64,000 nucleotides of DNA. It comes from an uncultured Enterobacterales bacterium. Its GTDB lineage: Bacteria; Myxococcota_A; UBA796; CAJQPC01. The DNA lies in assembly GCA_964604675.1 (NCBI GenBank), contig CAZSAT010000010.1:10771-74770 (forward strand), given 5' to 3'. Under the pieces are notes generated by a model. It was not told the origin of the DNA. It did no database searches and saw only the letters and a list, made by a program, of their open reading frames with translations. Position 1 is the first letter of the stretch. Each line of letters starts with the position of its first letter. Position numbers and translations under genes: made by a program. Shown in pieces: positions 1 to 9,902 of this stretch.

Positions 1-1313
<1,313 letters not shown>

Positions 1314-1314
<1 letters not shown>

Positions 1315-1796
1315 TGGGCCTCGGCGACCAGCTCCGGAACAAGCTCGACCTCCCCGACGTGAGCGGTGGCTCGGTCGAGGTCTCCGGTTCGAAGGGTTCC
1401 GTGGAGGTGGAGGTGGTGGAGCTGGACGGTCTCGGAGCCAAGATCGACCGCGTTCGTGTGCGGGTGCCGCGGCCCACGGACCTGCCGAGCCAGGCGGAGC
1501 AGATCAGCGAGCGTGTGCGCGGGCTCGGCGAGCGGCTGGTGCCGGTGGAGGTCGACGAGCGGCTGGGCGGTGGTGTGCTCCGATCCCGGCCCGAGGAGAT
1601 GCGCGGCGGCTACTACGAGGTCGGCCTGGACGGATCCGGAGCCACGGTCGAGCGCTACGGCCTGGGCGACGATGGCGTGCGCGAGAAGCAGCCCTTCACG
1701 GTCACGCGCGAGCAGCTGGGGAGGCTGGTGGACGACCTGGAGGACGGGCTGAGCGAGCTGAAGGATCAGAAGTCCGACATGAAGACCACGAAGTAG
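1314..1796 (+). CDS. hypothetical protein, acidic, about 160 aa
   Basis: ATG at 1314 overlaps the upstream TGA (tgATGg), which suggests translational coupling to the SpoVR-like gene. It is the in-frame continuation of track ORF 267..1796. No recognisable domain. Confidence 0.45.
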
Positions 1797-2314
1797 GTCA
1801 GGAAGGTCACCACCGAGCCGATGGTGCCGGCCCATTGCAGCTGGATGGGCCGTGCGAAGGCCGCGAGCGCGGTGCACGCGATCTGGGAGATCACCCACCA
1901 GTTGGCCGTCGCAAAGCCGGCGAGCATGAGGTTCGCCGCGAGGCCGAACAGCGCGATGATGATCAGCATCCCGAGGTAGCGCCGCCGGTTCTCTTCGTGG
2001 AACGTGGCCAGATCGATGGTCTCGTCGACGAGGTGGTCGGGCACGATCAGGGCGCTGGCCAGGTACATCACGATGGTCATCGCCACCCAGAAGAGCACCA
2101 TCCAGATGTTCCAGTCGTCCTCGTGGCGCAGCTGCCAGACCGACATCCAGAAGTCCGTGAGCATCCAGAGCAGGATCAGCACCCAGGTGGCGTGCAGCCC
2201 CGACCAGCGGAGCTGCTTGGCCTGGATGAGTCGTGCGACACCATCGAGGACGTGCGCGAAGGCCAGTCCGATGACCAGCGAGAGCAGGATGAGGATGTGC
2301 TCGGTGGCGGTCAT
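1766..2314 (-). CDS. hypothetical integral membrane protein
   Basis: 182 aa ORF with several hydrophobic helices (ILILLSLVIGLAFA, WVLILLWMLTDFWMSVW, MVLFWVAMTIVMYLASALIV, LGMLIIIALFGLAANLMLAGF). Confidence 0.5.
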   Translation of the reverse strand: MTATEHILILLSLVIGLAFAHVLDGVARLIQAKQLRWSGLHATWVLILLWMLTDFWMSVWQLRHEDDWNIWMVLFWVAMTIVMYLASALIVPDHLVDETIDLATFHEENRRRYLGMLIIIALFGLAANLMLAGFATANWWVISQIACTALAAFARPIQLQWAGTIGSVVTFLTYFVVFMSDF

Positions 2315-2500
2315 GGAGCTTCACTCGCTGGTCTGAGGGGATCCGTACCCCGCTTCCGTGCCTGGCGTCTTGCGCGGCGCTGGGCTCGATCCGCGTGATT
2401 CGTCAGGCGGGCGTCAAGAAACGGCGCTGGCCGTGCAGCCTCGATCCTCACCGGGCACTCTCTCCTCGGCGCCGCGCCACCCGCTCCCTCGAGGCTCCTG

Positions 2501-2680
2501 ATGTTCGTTCAGATGCACACCCGCCCGGTCGACCTGAAGCGCGAGTGGCCGGTCACCATCGAGCTGCAGCGTGCCCCCTGGTCCAAGCCCGCGACCAAGC
2601 CCGCCGAGCCGGAGCCGCTCGTGCTCGGCCCGGACGAGGACACCCGCGAGGTGGCCCAGGTGGAGATTCCGCAGGGCTGA
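2501..2680 (+). CDS. small hypothetical ORF of 59 aa, just upstream of the molybdopterin oxidoreductase
   Basis: Begins at an ATG (atgttcgtt) preceded by a gagg. Translation is MFVQMHTRPVDLKREWPVTIELQRAPWSKPATKPAEPEPLVLGPDEDTREVAQVEIPQG. It is too short for the ORF track, and coding status is uncertain. Confidence 0.25.
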   Translation: MFVQMHTRPVDLKREWPVTIELQRAPWSKPATKPAEPEPLVLGPDEDTREVAQVEIPQG

Positions 2681-2701
2681 GCCCGCGGATAGGCCTCGGT
2701 C

Positions 2702-4642
2702 ATGGCCACCGTCTCCTCGTCCTGTCCGCTCGATTGTCCCGATGCCTGCTCCCTCGAGGTCTCGGTCGAGCAGGACCGCGTGCAGGCCGTGCGTGGCGCC
2801 GACACCGGCACGACGGCCGGCTTCATCTGCTCGAAGGTCGCCCGCGCGGCCGACCACCTCTACGGCCGCGAGCGGCTCACCCATCCCCTGCGACGCGTGG
2901 GTCCGAAGGGCTCCGGTCGCTTCGAACGCATCGGGTGGGACGAGGCGCTCGGCACGATCACGAGCCGGCTCCTCCAGGTTCGGGATGCGCATGGCGGCGA
3001 AGCGATCCTGCCCTACAGCTACGGTGGCTCGAACGGCTACCTGACCGAAGGGAGCTTCGACGCGCGGCTCTTCCAGCGCTTGGGAGCCACCCGGCTCTAT
3101 CGGAACTTCTGCGCGTTGCCCTCGAGCGCTGCGGCCGAGGCCGTGTACGGACGCATGCCCGGCATGCCCTACGCGGCCTATGCCGAGGCGCAGCTGGTGC
3201 TGGTCTGGGGCTGCAACCCCCACGCCACCGGCATCCACCTGCTGCCCCACCTCCGCGCCTCCCGGAAGGCGGGCGGCAAGCTGATCGTGGTCGATCCACG
3301 CCGCACCCGCCTCGCGGCCGACGCGGACCTCCACGTCGCCCCGCGCCCGGGCACCGACCTGCCGCTCGCGCTGGCCGTGGCGGGCTGGCTCTTCGAGCAC
3401 GGTCACGCGGATCGCGACTTCCTGACCGCCCACGCCACCGGCGTCGAGGCGTTCCGTGCGGTCTGCGCGAGCTGGCCCGTGGAGCGCGCCGCGGCCACGT
3501 GCCAGGTGCCGGCGGCCCAGATCGTGGAGCTCGCCCGGAGCTACGCCGAGGCCTCCCCCGCTGCCTTGCGTTGCGGCTGGGGCCCGGAGCGGAACCGCAA
3601 CGGGGGGTCGGCCACGGCGGCCATCCTGGCGTTGCCCGCCGTCGCCAACAAGTTCGGGCCGCTCGGCGGTGGCTTCACGATGTCGAACTCCGGCTACTGG
3701 AAGCTGGACGCCGGCCTCGCCGCGAGGGTCGCGCCATCGCGCACCCGCCAGGTCCCGATGACCTCGCTCGGGCGCGTGCTCACCGACGATCGGAGCATCC
3801 GCGCGCTCTTCGTGTACAACTGCAACCCGGTCGCCACGTGCCCGGAGCAGGCGCGCGTGCTGCGGGGGCTCGCGCGGGAGGACCTCTTCACGGTCGTCTT
3901 CGAACAGGTCCACACCGACACCGCCGAGCTGGCGGACATCGTGTTGCCCGCCACCACCTTCCTGGAACATCGGGAGGTGCACCGGGGCTACGGCGCGTAC
4001 GTGTTCCACGACCGCCCCCCCGCGGTGGTCCCGCACGGGGAGGCGCGGAGCAACGCCCGGGTGTTCACGGAGCTGACCGAACGCCTCGGCCTGGCGGAGC
4101 CGGGGGACCCGGACGAGGCGGGCGTGGCCGCTGCCCTGGCGGCACAGATGGGCATCGAAGGCGCTCCACACCATCCCGATCCCGGACGTCCCTTCCAGGA
4201 CTTCGAGCCCTGGACCGCCGATCGAACGATCCACCTGATGCCGTCGGCGGCCTGGTACGCCTACCGGCCCGACCCGGCCCCCGAGCGGCTCGCGTTGATC
4301 TCGCCGGCGCTCGGCCACCTGGTCAGCTCGACCTTCGGGCAGCTGATGGAAGGGCTCCAGCCCGTGCAGGTCCATCCGGACGACGCCTCCGAGCGCGGGC
4401 TCCGGGCGGGCCAGCTGGTGCGGGTGTTCAACGAGCTCGGTGAGGTCGTGCTGCCCGTGGAGGTCACCGACAAGGTGCGCCCGGGAACGGTGGTCATCGC
4501 CAAGGGCCTGTGGAAGCGGCACACCCACAACGGCGCGGCGAGCACGGCGCTCTGTCCGGCCACGCTGTCGGACTTCGGCGACGGCGCCTGCTACAACGAC
4601 GCGCGGGTGGACATCGTGCCGGCGGAGGCTCAGCCCAGCTGA
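2702..4642 (+). CDS. molybdopterin-dependent oxidoreductase (formate dehydrogenase/nitrate reductase superfamily) with an N-terminal 4Fe-4S Cys cluster
   Basis: N-terminal CPLDCPDAC...GFICSKV cysteine motif, then a long molybdopterin-oxidoreductase-like body (LPYSYGGSNGY, WGCNPHATG, VVDPRRT, a C-terminal molybdopterin dinucleotide-binding-like region). There is no in-frame TGA, so no selenocysteine. Confidence 0.8.
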   Translation: MATVSSSCPLDCPDACSLEVSVEQDRVQAVRGADTGTTAGFICSKVARAADHLYGRERLTHPLRRVGPKGSGRFERIGWDEALGTITSRLLQVRDAHGGEAILPYSYGGSNGYLTEGSFDARLFQRLGATRLYRNFCALPSSAAAEAVYGRMPGMPYAAYAEAQLVLVWGCNPHATGIHLLPHLRASRKAGGKLIVVDPRRTRLAADADLHVAPRPGTDLPLALAVAGWLFEHGHADRDFLTAHATGVEAFRAVCASWPVERAAATCQVPAAQIVELARSYAEASPAALRCGWGPERNRNGGSATAAILALPAVANKFGPLGGGFTMSNSGYWKLDAGLAARVAPSRTRQVPMTSLGRVLTDDRSIRALFVYNCNPVATCPEQARVLRGLAREDLFTVVFEQVHTDTAELADIVLPATTFLEHREVHRGYGAYVFHDRPPAVVPHGEARSNARVFTELTERLGLAEPGDPDEAGVAAALAAQMGIEGAPHHPDPGRPFQDFEPWTADRTIHLMPSAAWYAYRPDPAPERLALISPALGHLVSSTFGQLMEGLQPVQVHPDDASERGLRAGQLVRVFNELGEVVLPVEVTDKVRPGTVVIAKGLWKRHTHNGAASTALCPATLSDFGDGACYNDARVDIVPAEAQPS

Positions 4643-5289
4643 AGCGCTCGGGCGCGCTCGTCGCTCGCGTCGAGCTCCCAGGTGGTCTCGTCGAAGAGCG
4701 TGATGGATTCCCAGCAGTCTCCGTTCCAGCGCATGCGTTGCCGCAGGTGGAAGCGCTGCGTGAAGAGCACGTAGCGAGCCAGGGCGAGCCATCCGAAGGG
4801 GCCCTCCCCCGTCTCCCCCCACCACGCCTCGAGGCCCTTGTCGGCGAGACGCTGCACCAGGCCTTCGGCGCTGCCCAGCTCGGCCAGCCGGATCCATCCC
4901 ATGGCGGAGTCGGTGAGCACCCCCTCCTCTCGAAGCTGGTCCATGCGGTGGTGGAGGGCGCTGTCCAGGGTCTGGTCGTCGTCCGCTTGCCGCTGCTCGA
5001 GCCGGGCCAGCACCTGCAGGTCGCTGGCGCGGAGGAGCACGAGCTGTTCGAGCTCGCCACCACCTCGGTGTTCGGCGAGCAACCAGGCGTCCCGGTGGTA
5101 TTGACCGGTCGACGCGTAGTGGTCGACGATCTTCAGGCGTCGGACGACCAGACCGTCCTGGCGCGCCGCGCCCAGCGCCGAGAGCGCCTGGCCGACGAAG
5201 GTGGACGGCTTCAGGAAGTCGTCGAGGAAGATCGGCTTCCCGTCGATCAGGATCCAGCTGAGCGCGTCATGCACGCGATCAGTGTGCAC
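4630..5289 (-). CDS. hypothetical protein, 219 aa
   Basis: ORF 4630..5289 lies immediately downstream of the ClpB-like gene on the same strand with a 10 bp gap, so it is probably co-transcribed. No recognisable motif. Confidence 0.45.
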   Translation of the reverse strand: MHTDRVHDALSWILIDGKPIFLDDFLKPSTFVGQALSALGAARQDGLVVRRLKIVDHYASTGQYHRDAWLLAEHRGGGELEQLVLLRASDLQVLARLEQRQADDDQTLDSALHHRMDQLREEGVLTDSAMGWIRLAELGSAEGLVQRLADKGLEAWWGETGEGPFGWLALARYVLFTQRFHLRQRMRWNGDCWESITLFDETTWELDASDERARALQLG

Positions 5290-5298
5290 CAGAGCGGG

Positions 5299-7653
5299 TC
5301 AGGAACGCACCCAGAGCTTGAGCTCGTCCTGCTCACCCTTGAGCACCACCTCCGTGCCGCGACCGAGGCGGTGGCTGAGCACGAGATCGGCGAGCGGGCC
5401 GATGACGAGCCGCTCCAGCACCCGGCTCATCGCGTGCGCGCCGGTCTGCTCGGTGTGGCCGTAGGCGAGCAGCAGCGGCCACGCCGAGTAGGCGACCGTG
5501 AGCTTCACGCCGCGGGTGGCGAGGCGTGTCTGGATGTGGGCGAGGTGGTCCTCGGCGATGGCCCGGACCTGCTTCTCGCCCAGCGGCTGGAAGCGCAGGA
5601 TCCGTCCGACATGGGTGAGGAGCTCCGAACGGAACCAGGCGGTGAGCGCCTCGCGCACGGCCGGGGCCAGCTCCTCGAAGGGGTCGTCGGCGCCCTCGCT
5701 GGCGAGCCAGGCCTCGATGGCCCTGTGGTGGTCGTCTGTGGCGCCGATGGGGCGGCGGTCTCCGGCGGTGCCGATGTTGCTGGTCATCAGGAGCGTCGTG
5801 TGGGCGAAGCTCACCGTGCGCCCGTTGCTGTCGCGCACCACCTCACCCTCCATCAGGCGCGCGAGGACCTCCCACACGCTGGGATGGGCGCGGTCGATGT
5901 CGTCGAGCAGCAGCACGGCGTGGGTGCGCTCGCCGACCGCGTCGGCCAGACGTTGCTCGAAGCCGCGGAAGCCCGGCGCCGCGCCGAAGATCCGGTCGAC
6001 GCGCGTGTCTTCGTCGAAGCGGGACATGTCGGCGCGGAGCAGGGCGTTGGGGTCGGCATACAGCGCCTCCGCCAGCGCTTCGGCGAAGCGGGTCTTGCCG
6101 ACGCCGGGGCCGCCCAGCAGCAGGAAGGATCCCATGGGACGGCCTGCCTCGCCCAGCCCGGCCGCTGCCGTGCGGATGGTCTGCGCGACCACGCCGACCG
6201 CACCGTCCTGCCCGAACACGCGGGCGCTCAACAGGTCGTCCAGCTCCTCGAGCCGCTGTGCGAAGGGCACCGCCAGCTGCGCGGCGTCGAGGTCGAGGTC
6301 ACGGGCCACCGTGGCGGCCACCTGCTCGCGACCCACGGTGGCTTCCTGTGCCTGCCACGTGCGCGCGGCGGAGCGGTCCAGCAGGCGCAAGGCGTTGGCG
6401 GGCAGCTTGCCCGGCAGGTGGTGCGCGGCGAGCTCCACGGCTGCACGGGCCGCCGAGTCGTGCACGGGCAGGCCGTAGTGTTGGGCGAGGCGTTGCCTCG
6501 CGGCGTCCACGACCGTGACGGCCTCCTCCTCGGTCAACGCACCGAGGGGGACCGCGGTCAGGAGCTCGGACAAGGGCCTGCCGAGGGCATCCCACTCGCT
6601 GGGCGACAGGGTGATCACGAGCTGGAACGAACCCTCCATCAGGCCCGGCTCGAGCACGGAGGCCGCCTCGTCGCAGAGGGCGTTGGCATCGCCCAGCAGC
6701 AACCGGGGGTCGTCGAGGTAGATCACGACCCTGCCAAACTCCTCTCGCAGCGCGGAGAGCGTGGCGGCCAGGCGGGTGGCCACCGTGCCGTCGTGCCGCC
6801 GGGCGGCCTGAGCGAGCTGTGGAAGGCTCAGGCGAAGCACCTCTGCGGGGTGCGCGAGGCGCCCCTGCGGCGCCTGGGTGGCGTTCTCGCGTCCGAGGCG
6901 CCAGGCCAGGGACTGGAGCACGGGCTCGGCAGCGGCGGCGTCGTCGACGACCAGGGCGACGCTGCTCCGTCCGGACAGAGCGAGGGTCTCGGCGGCCTGA
7001 ACGACCGGAACGGTGTCGGCGAGCAAGGAGGCGCTGTCCAGCGGTCCGCTGTCGGTCTCGTAGGCCCGGAGGAAGACCCCGTGGCGCTCACCGATCTCGG
7101 CCAGGCGGGCGAAGGGGGGCGTGCGCGGCGGCGGTGGCGGCGCGGCGGCCGGAGAGGCCCCTTCCTCCAGCTCGTCGAGCTCGAGCTCGAGCTCACCCAG
7201 GGTGCCCTCGTCGCTGACGGGCTCGTCGCTGGCGGCCATCAGGCGGGCGACCATCGACTCGGTGGGCAGCTCTTCGCGCTCGACGAACATCGCGAGGATG
7301 GACCCGGGACGCTTCAGGAGCGACGCGATGAGCTGGGGCGTTCCGAACGCGAGGCCCTCGGCCTCCGCTTCCCGCTGGCCGGTCTGCCACGCGCGCACCA
7401 GGGGCTCGGCCCACTCCAGGTTCGTGGGCGCGGACGTCTCGCCGTACTGGGCGATGCCGAGCGCGAAGGTGAGCAGGCGCTCGACGATGCGCGAGGGGTG
7501 CAGGCGTCGTTCCTTGAAGAGGTCGATCAAGGCGCCGGCGGGGCGACGGGCTGCAGCCAGGAAGACGTGCCACGGCTCGAGCTCGTGGGCACCGACGGCG
7601 CGCGCTTCCTCGACGGCTTCGGCGATGAGGGCGTGGTAGTCCTGGGTGGTCAT
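5299..7653 (-). CDS. ClpA/ClpB-like AAA+ ATPase with a Clp N-terminal domain, a degenerate first NBD and one intact NBD
   Basis: A Clp_N-like N-terminus (MTTQDYHALIAEAVEEARAVGAHELEPWHVFLAA). Intact Walker A GGPGVGKT. A D2-like Walker B (VLLLDDIDRAHPSVWEVL, where Asp replaces the usual catalytic Glu). A sensor region like MTSNIGT. The first NBD region lacks a P-loop. Confidence 0.75.
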   Translation of the reverse strand: MTTQDYHALIAEAVEEARAVGAHELEPWHVFLAAARRPAGALIDLFKERRLHPSRIVERLLTFALGIAQYGETSAPTNLEWAEPLVRAWQTGQREAEAEGLAFGTPQLIASLLKRPGSILAMFVEREELPTESMVARLMAASDEPVSDEGTLGELELELDELEEGASPAAAPPPPPRTPPFARLAEIGERHGVFLRAYETDSGPLDSASLLADTVPVVQAAETLALSGRSSVALVVDDAAAAEPVLQSLAWRLGRENATQAPQGRLAHPAEVLRLSLPQLAQAARRHDGTVATRLAATLSALREEFGRVVIYLDDPRLLLGDANALCDEAASVLEPGLMEGSFQLVITLSPSEWDALGRPLSELLTAVPLGALTEEEAVTVVDAARQRLAQHYGLPVHDSAARAAVELAAHHLPGKLPANALRLLDRSAARTWQAQEATVGREQVAATVARDLDLDAAQLAVPFAQRLEELDDLLSARVFGQDGAVGVVAQTIRTAAAGLGEAGRPMGSFLLLGGPGVGKTRFAEALAEALYADPNALLRADMSRFDEDTRVDRIFGAAPGFRGFEQRLADAVGERTHAVLLLDDIDRAHPSVWEVLARLMEGEVVRDSNGRTVSFAHTTLLMTSNIGTAGDRRPIGATDDHHRAIEAWLASEGADDPFEELAPAVREALTAWFRSELLTHVGRILRFQPLGEKQVRAIAEDHLAHIQTRLATRGVKLTVAYSAWPLLLAYGHTEQTGAHAMSRVLERLVIGPLADLVLSHRLGRGTEVVLKGEQDELKLWVRS

Positions 7654-7699
7654 GCAAGCCTCCGCCGGAGGCTTAACGCCCGCACGTTAGGCGGCAGCC

Positions 7700-8401
7700 G
7701 TGACCGCCCTCCTGTCGATCGCCCTGGCCGCTCCGTGGACGATGACCGACGTCGACGTGGAGCATGGCGGGGATCCGGTGGTGCTCGTGGTCACGCCGGG
7801 TGTGGAACCGGAGGCGTTCACCGGGTGGTCGCTGGCGCTGCGCCGCCGTGGCCTCGACGTGCACCTGGCGACCCTGGAGCCGACGACCGGACCCGAGGAG
7901 GCGATCCACGAGCTGCACGCGGCCCTCGACGAGCTGGAGGCGTCGCTCGGACCGCTGAAGCTGGCGGGGCACGGCTACGGCGGGCTGCTGGTGCTGCTCA
8001 GCGGGTACGCCCCGGAGCGGCTCGCGCTGATCGCCGTACCCCTGGCGGCGCAGCCCGTGGCGGTGCTGGCGAAGGGCGGGGATCACGGCCTGCCCTGGCC
8101 CGATGAGCTCGTGGGGGACTACCCGGCTGGACCGATCCATCCGGACCTCTCCGCCGCGTTCGCGGCCTGGGCGGCCGAGCTACCGGGCTACCGCGTGCCG
8201 GATTGTCCGGTGCTAGTGGCCTCCGGCAACCGCGACGTGGTCGCGCCCCCGGAGGTGGTCCGTCCCCCCAGCCAGGGCTGGCCGGACCGCAGCTGGGACC
8301 GACTCGGCTTCCTCGCCCTCGAGCCCGAACGGCTCCACATGGAGGTCCTTGCCCACGAGGGCCTGGCCACCACGGTCGCCCGCTTCCTGGACGCGCCATG
8401 A
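7700..8401 (+). CDS. alpha/beta-hydrolase-fold protein with a degenerate nucleophile elbow
   Basis: GTG start at 7700. Hydrolase-like layout, but the elbow reads AGHGYGG with no Ser. Its stop overlaps the next ATG (ATGA). Confidence 0.45.
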   Translation: MTALLSIALAAPWTMTDVDVEHGGDPVVLVVTPGVEPEAFTGWSLALRRRGLDVHLATLEPTTGPEEAIHELHAALDELEASLGPLKLAGHGYGGLLVLLSGYAPERLALIAVPLAAQPVAVLAKGGDHGLPWPDELVGDYPAGPIHPDLSAAFAAWAAELPGYRVPDCPVLVASGNRDVVAPPEVVRPPSQGWPDRSWDRLGFLALEPERLHMEVLAHEGLATTVARFLDAP

Positions 8402-9411
8402 TCCCACTTCTGTGGGCCTGTGTCGGCGAGGCGCCCCCGCCCGAGCAGGGCGTGGAACGCTACGAGATCGCCACCGCAGACGGAGCCGGGTTGGTGCTCC
8501 ATCGCCACCAGAACCCGGGGCCGTCGGTGCTGTTGGTGCACGGCCTGTCCAGCAACCACTGGACGTGGGAGATCGACGAGGTCCGGAACCTCGGTCACTA
8601 CCTGTCCAACGCGGGCCTCGACACCTGGCTGCTGGACCTGCGCGGGCACGGCGAATCTCGCCGCGCCGCGGACGGCAAGCCCCAGCGCTCGGGATGGGTC
8701 GTCGACGACTACGGGCGCTACGACCTGCCCGCCGCCGTCGACTTGGTGCTCGCGGAGAGCGGGCGGGACCAGGTCGGCTACGTCGGGCATTCGATGGGCG
8801 GCATGGTGGCGGCGATCTACGCGGGCACCGTCGCAGGCGGCGACGAGAAGCTGTCGAGCCTCGTGGTGGTCGGGTCCCCCATCGACTTCACGGATCCGGA
8901 CCCGTTGTTGGACCTGGGCTTGCACGCTGCGCAGTTCTACGGGCCCTTCGTCGGCTCGCTGCCCACCCAGGCCGGCGCGCGGCTGCAGGCCAGCCTGGGC
9001 GGCACCCCGATCCCGGTGGACGCGCTGCTCTACAACGACCTCTCCGAGCCCTATGTGGAGTTGATGTACGAGCGTGTGGTCTCGCCGATCTCCGGAGGTG
9101 AGCTGCGGCAGTTTGGCGCGTTGGCCGGTGAGGGGGGGCCCTTCGTGAGCCGCAACGGTGACTACGACTACCGCGCGTCGCTGGCCCGGATCCGGAGCCC
9201 CACCCTCGTGGTGGCCGGCCGCGCCGACAACGTGGCTCCGGTCGACCGCGTGGTGCCCTGGTTCCACGAGGTCGGGGCCGACGAGAAGCGCCTGATCGTC
9301 GCAGGTCGCGCGGCGGGCTTTGCGGCGGACTATGGCCACATGGACCTCTGCTTCGGAGACCACGTGGTCGACGAGATCTACCCGCTGATCCGCGACTGGG
9401 TCGACCGATGA
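8398..9411 (+). CDS. alpha/beta hydrolase
   Basis: MIPLLWACVG...VLLVHGLSSNHW...GYVGHSMGG (a canonical GxSxG elbow) ...RADNVAPV. The ATG at 8398 overlaps the previous stop. Confidence 0.7.
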   Translation: MIPLLWACVGEAPPPEQGVERYEIATADGAGLVLHRHQNPGPSVLLVHGLSSNHWTWEIDEVRNLGHYLSNAGLDTWLLDLRGHGESRRAADGKPQRSGWVVDDYGRYDLPAAVDLVLAESGRDQVGYVGHSMGGMVAAIYAGTVAGGDEKLSSLVVVGSPIDFTDPDPLLDLGLHAAQFYGPFVGSLPTQAGARLQASLGGTPIPVDALLYNDLSEPYVELMYERVVSPISGGELRQFGALAGEGGPFVSRNGDYDYRASLARIRSPTLVVAGRADNVAPVDRVVPWFHEVGADEKRLIVAGRAAGFAADYGHMDLCFGDHVVDEIYPLIRDWVDR

Positions 9412-9902
9412 AGCTGGTCGAGGTGGGACCGGCGCTGCTCGTGGACGCCAGAGGGCTGCTGGTGTTGATCGGTGCCCCCGATGGCACCGCCACCGCATGG
9501 CGAGCGGCTGGCCTGAAGCCGGGAGGCCCCGATGTCGTGCTGCTCGGCGCCGGTGTGGGGGCCGAGATCGCGGGGCTCTACGGCGTGCTGACGCTGCTCG
9601 GCGGGGTGGTGCGGGAGGCGCCGGCGTCGCTGCTCCATCCCCTCACCGCGGAAGGTCCGGGGGCCCTGTGCGCCGCTTGGATGCACACCGAGGGGGGCGT
9701 GCTGGCCGTGAGCCTCGACGGGCAGCTTCCCGGCATGGCGGAGGAGGTCGGGGGCCTCGTCATCGCGTCGCTGGATGCGGGCGACGGACGGCTCGCCTGG
9801 GCGCTCGCCCGGGGCGACGAGCGCTGGGTGTACGTGGGCGGTGTGCGCGACCCCCGACGGCTCGCCTCCCTGGAGCGGGGCGCCACGAGGGTGGTGCGTT
9901 GA
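9408..9902 (+). CDS. hypothetical protein; possibly a degenerate MBL-fold remnant
   Basis: 164 aa, MKLVEVGPALLVDARGLLVLIGAPDG... The HxHxDH metal motif is absent. The start ATGA overlaps the upstream stop, and the stop overlaps the next gene's TTG. Confidence 0.4.
   Translation: MKLVEVGPALLVDARGLLVLIGAPDGTATAWRAAGLKPGGPDVVLLGAGVGAEIAGLYGVLTLLGGVVREAPASLLHPLTAEGPGALCAAWMHTEGGVLAVSLDGQLPGMAEEVGGLVIASLDAGDGRLAWALARGDERWVYVGGVRDPRRLASLERGATRVVR

Noticed and set aside
2702-4642. Selenocysteine-containing formate dehydrogenase, given selB in the window
   Set aside because: There is no in-frame TGA. The putative active-site region uses Cys/Ser, so it is called a generic molybdopterin oxidoreductase.
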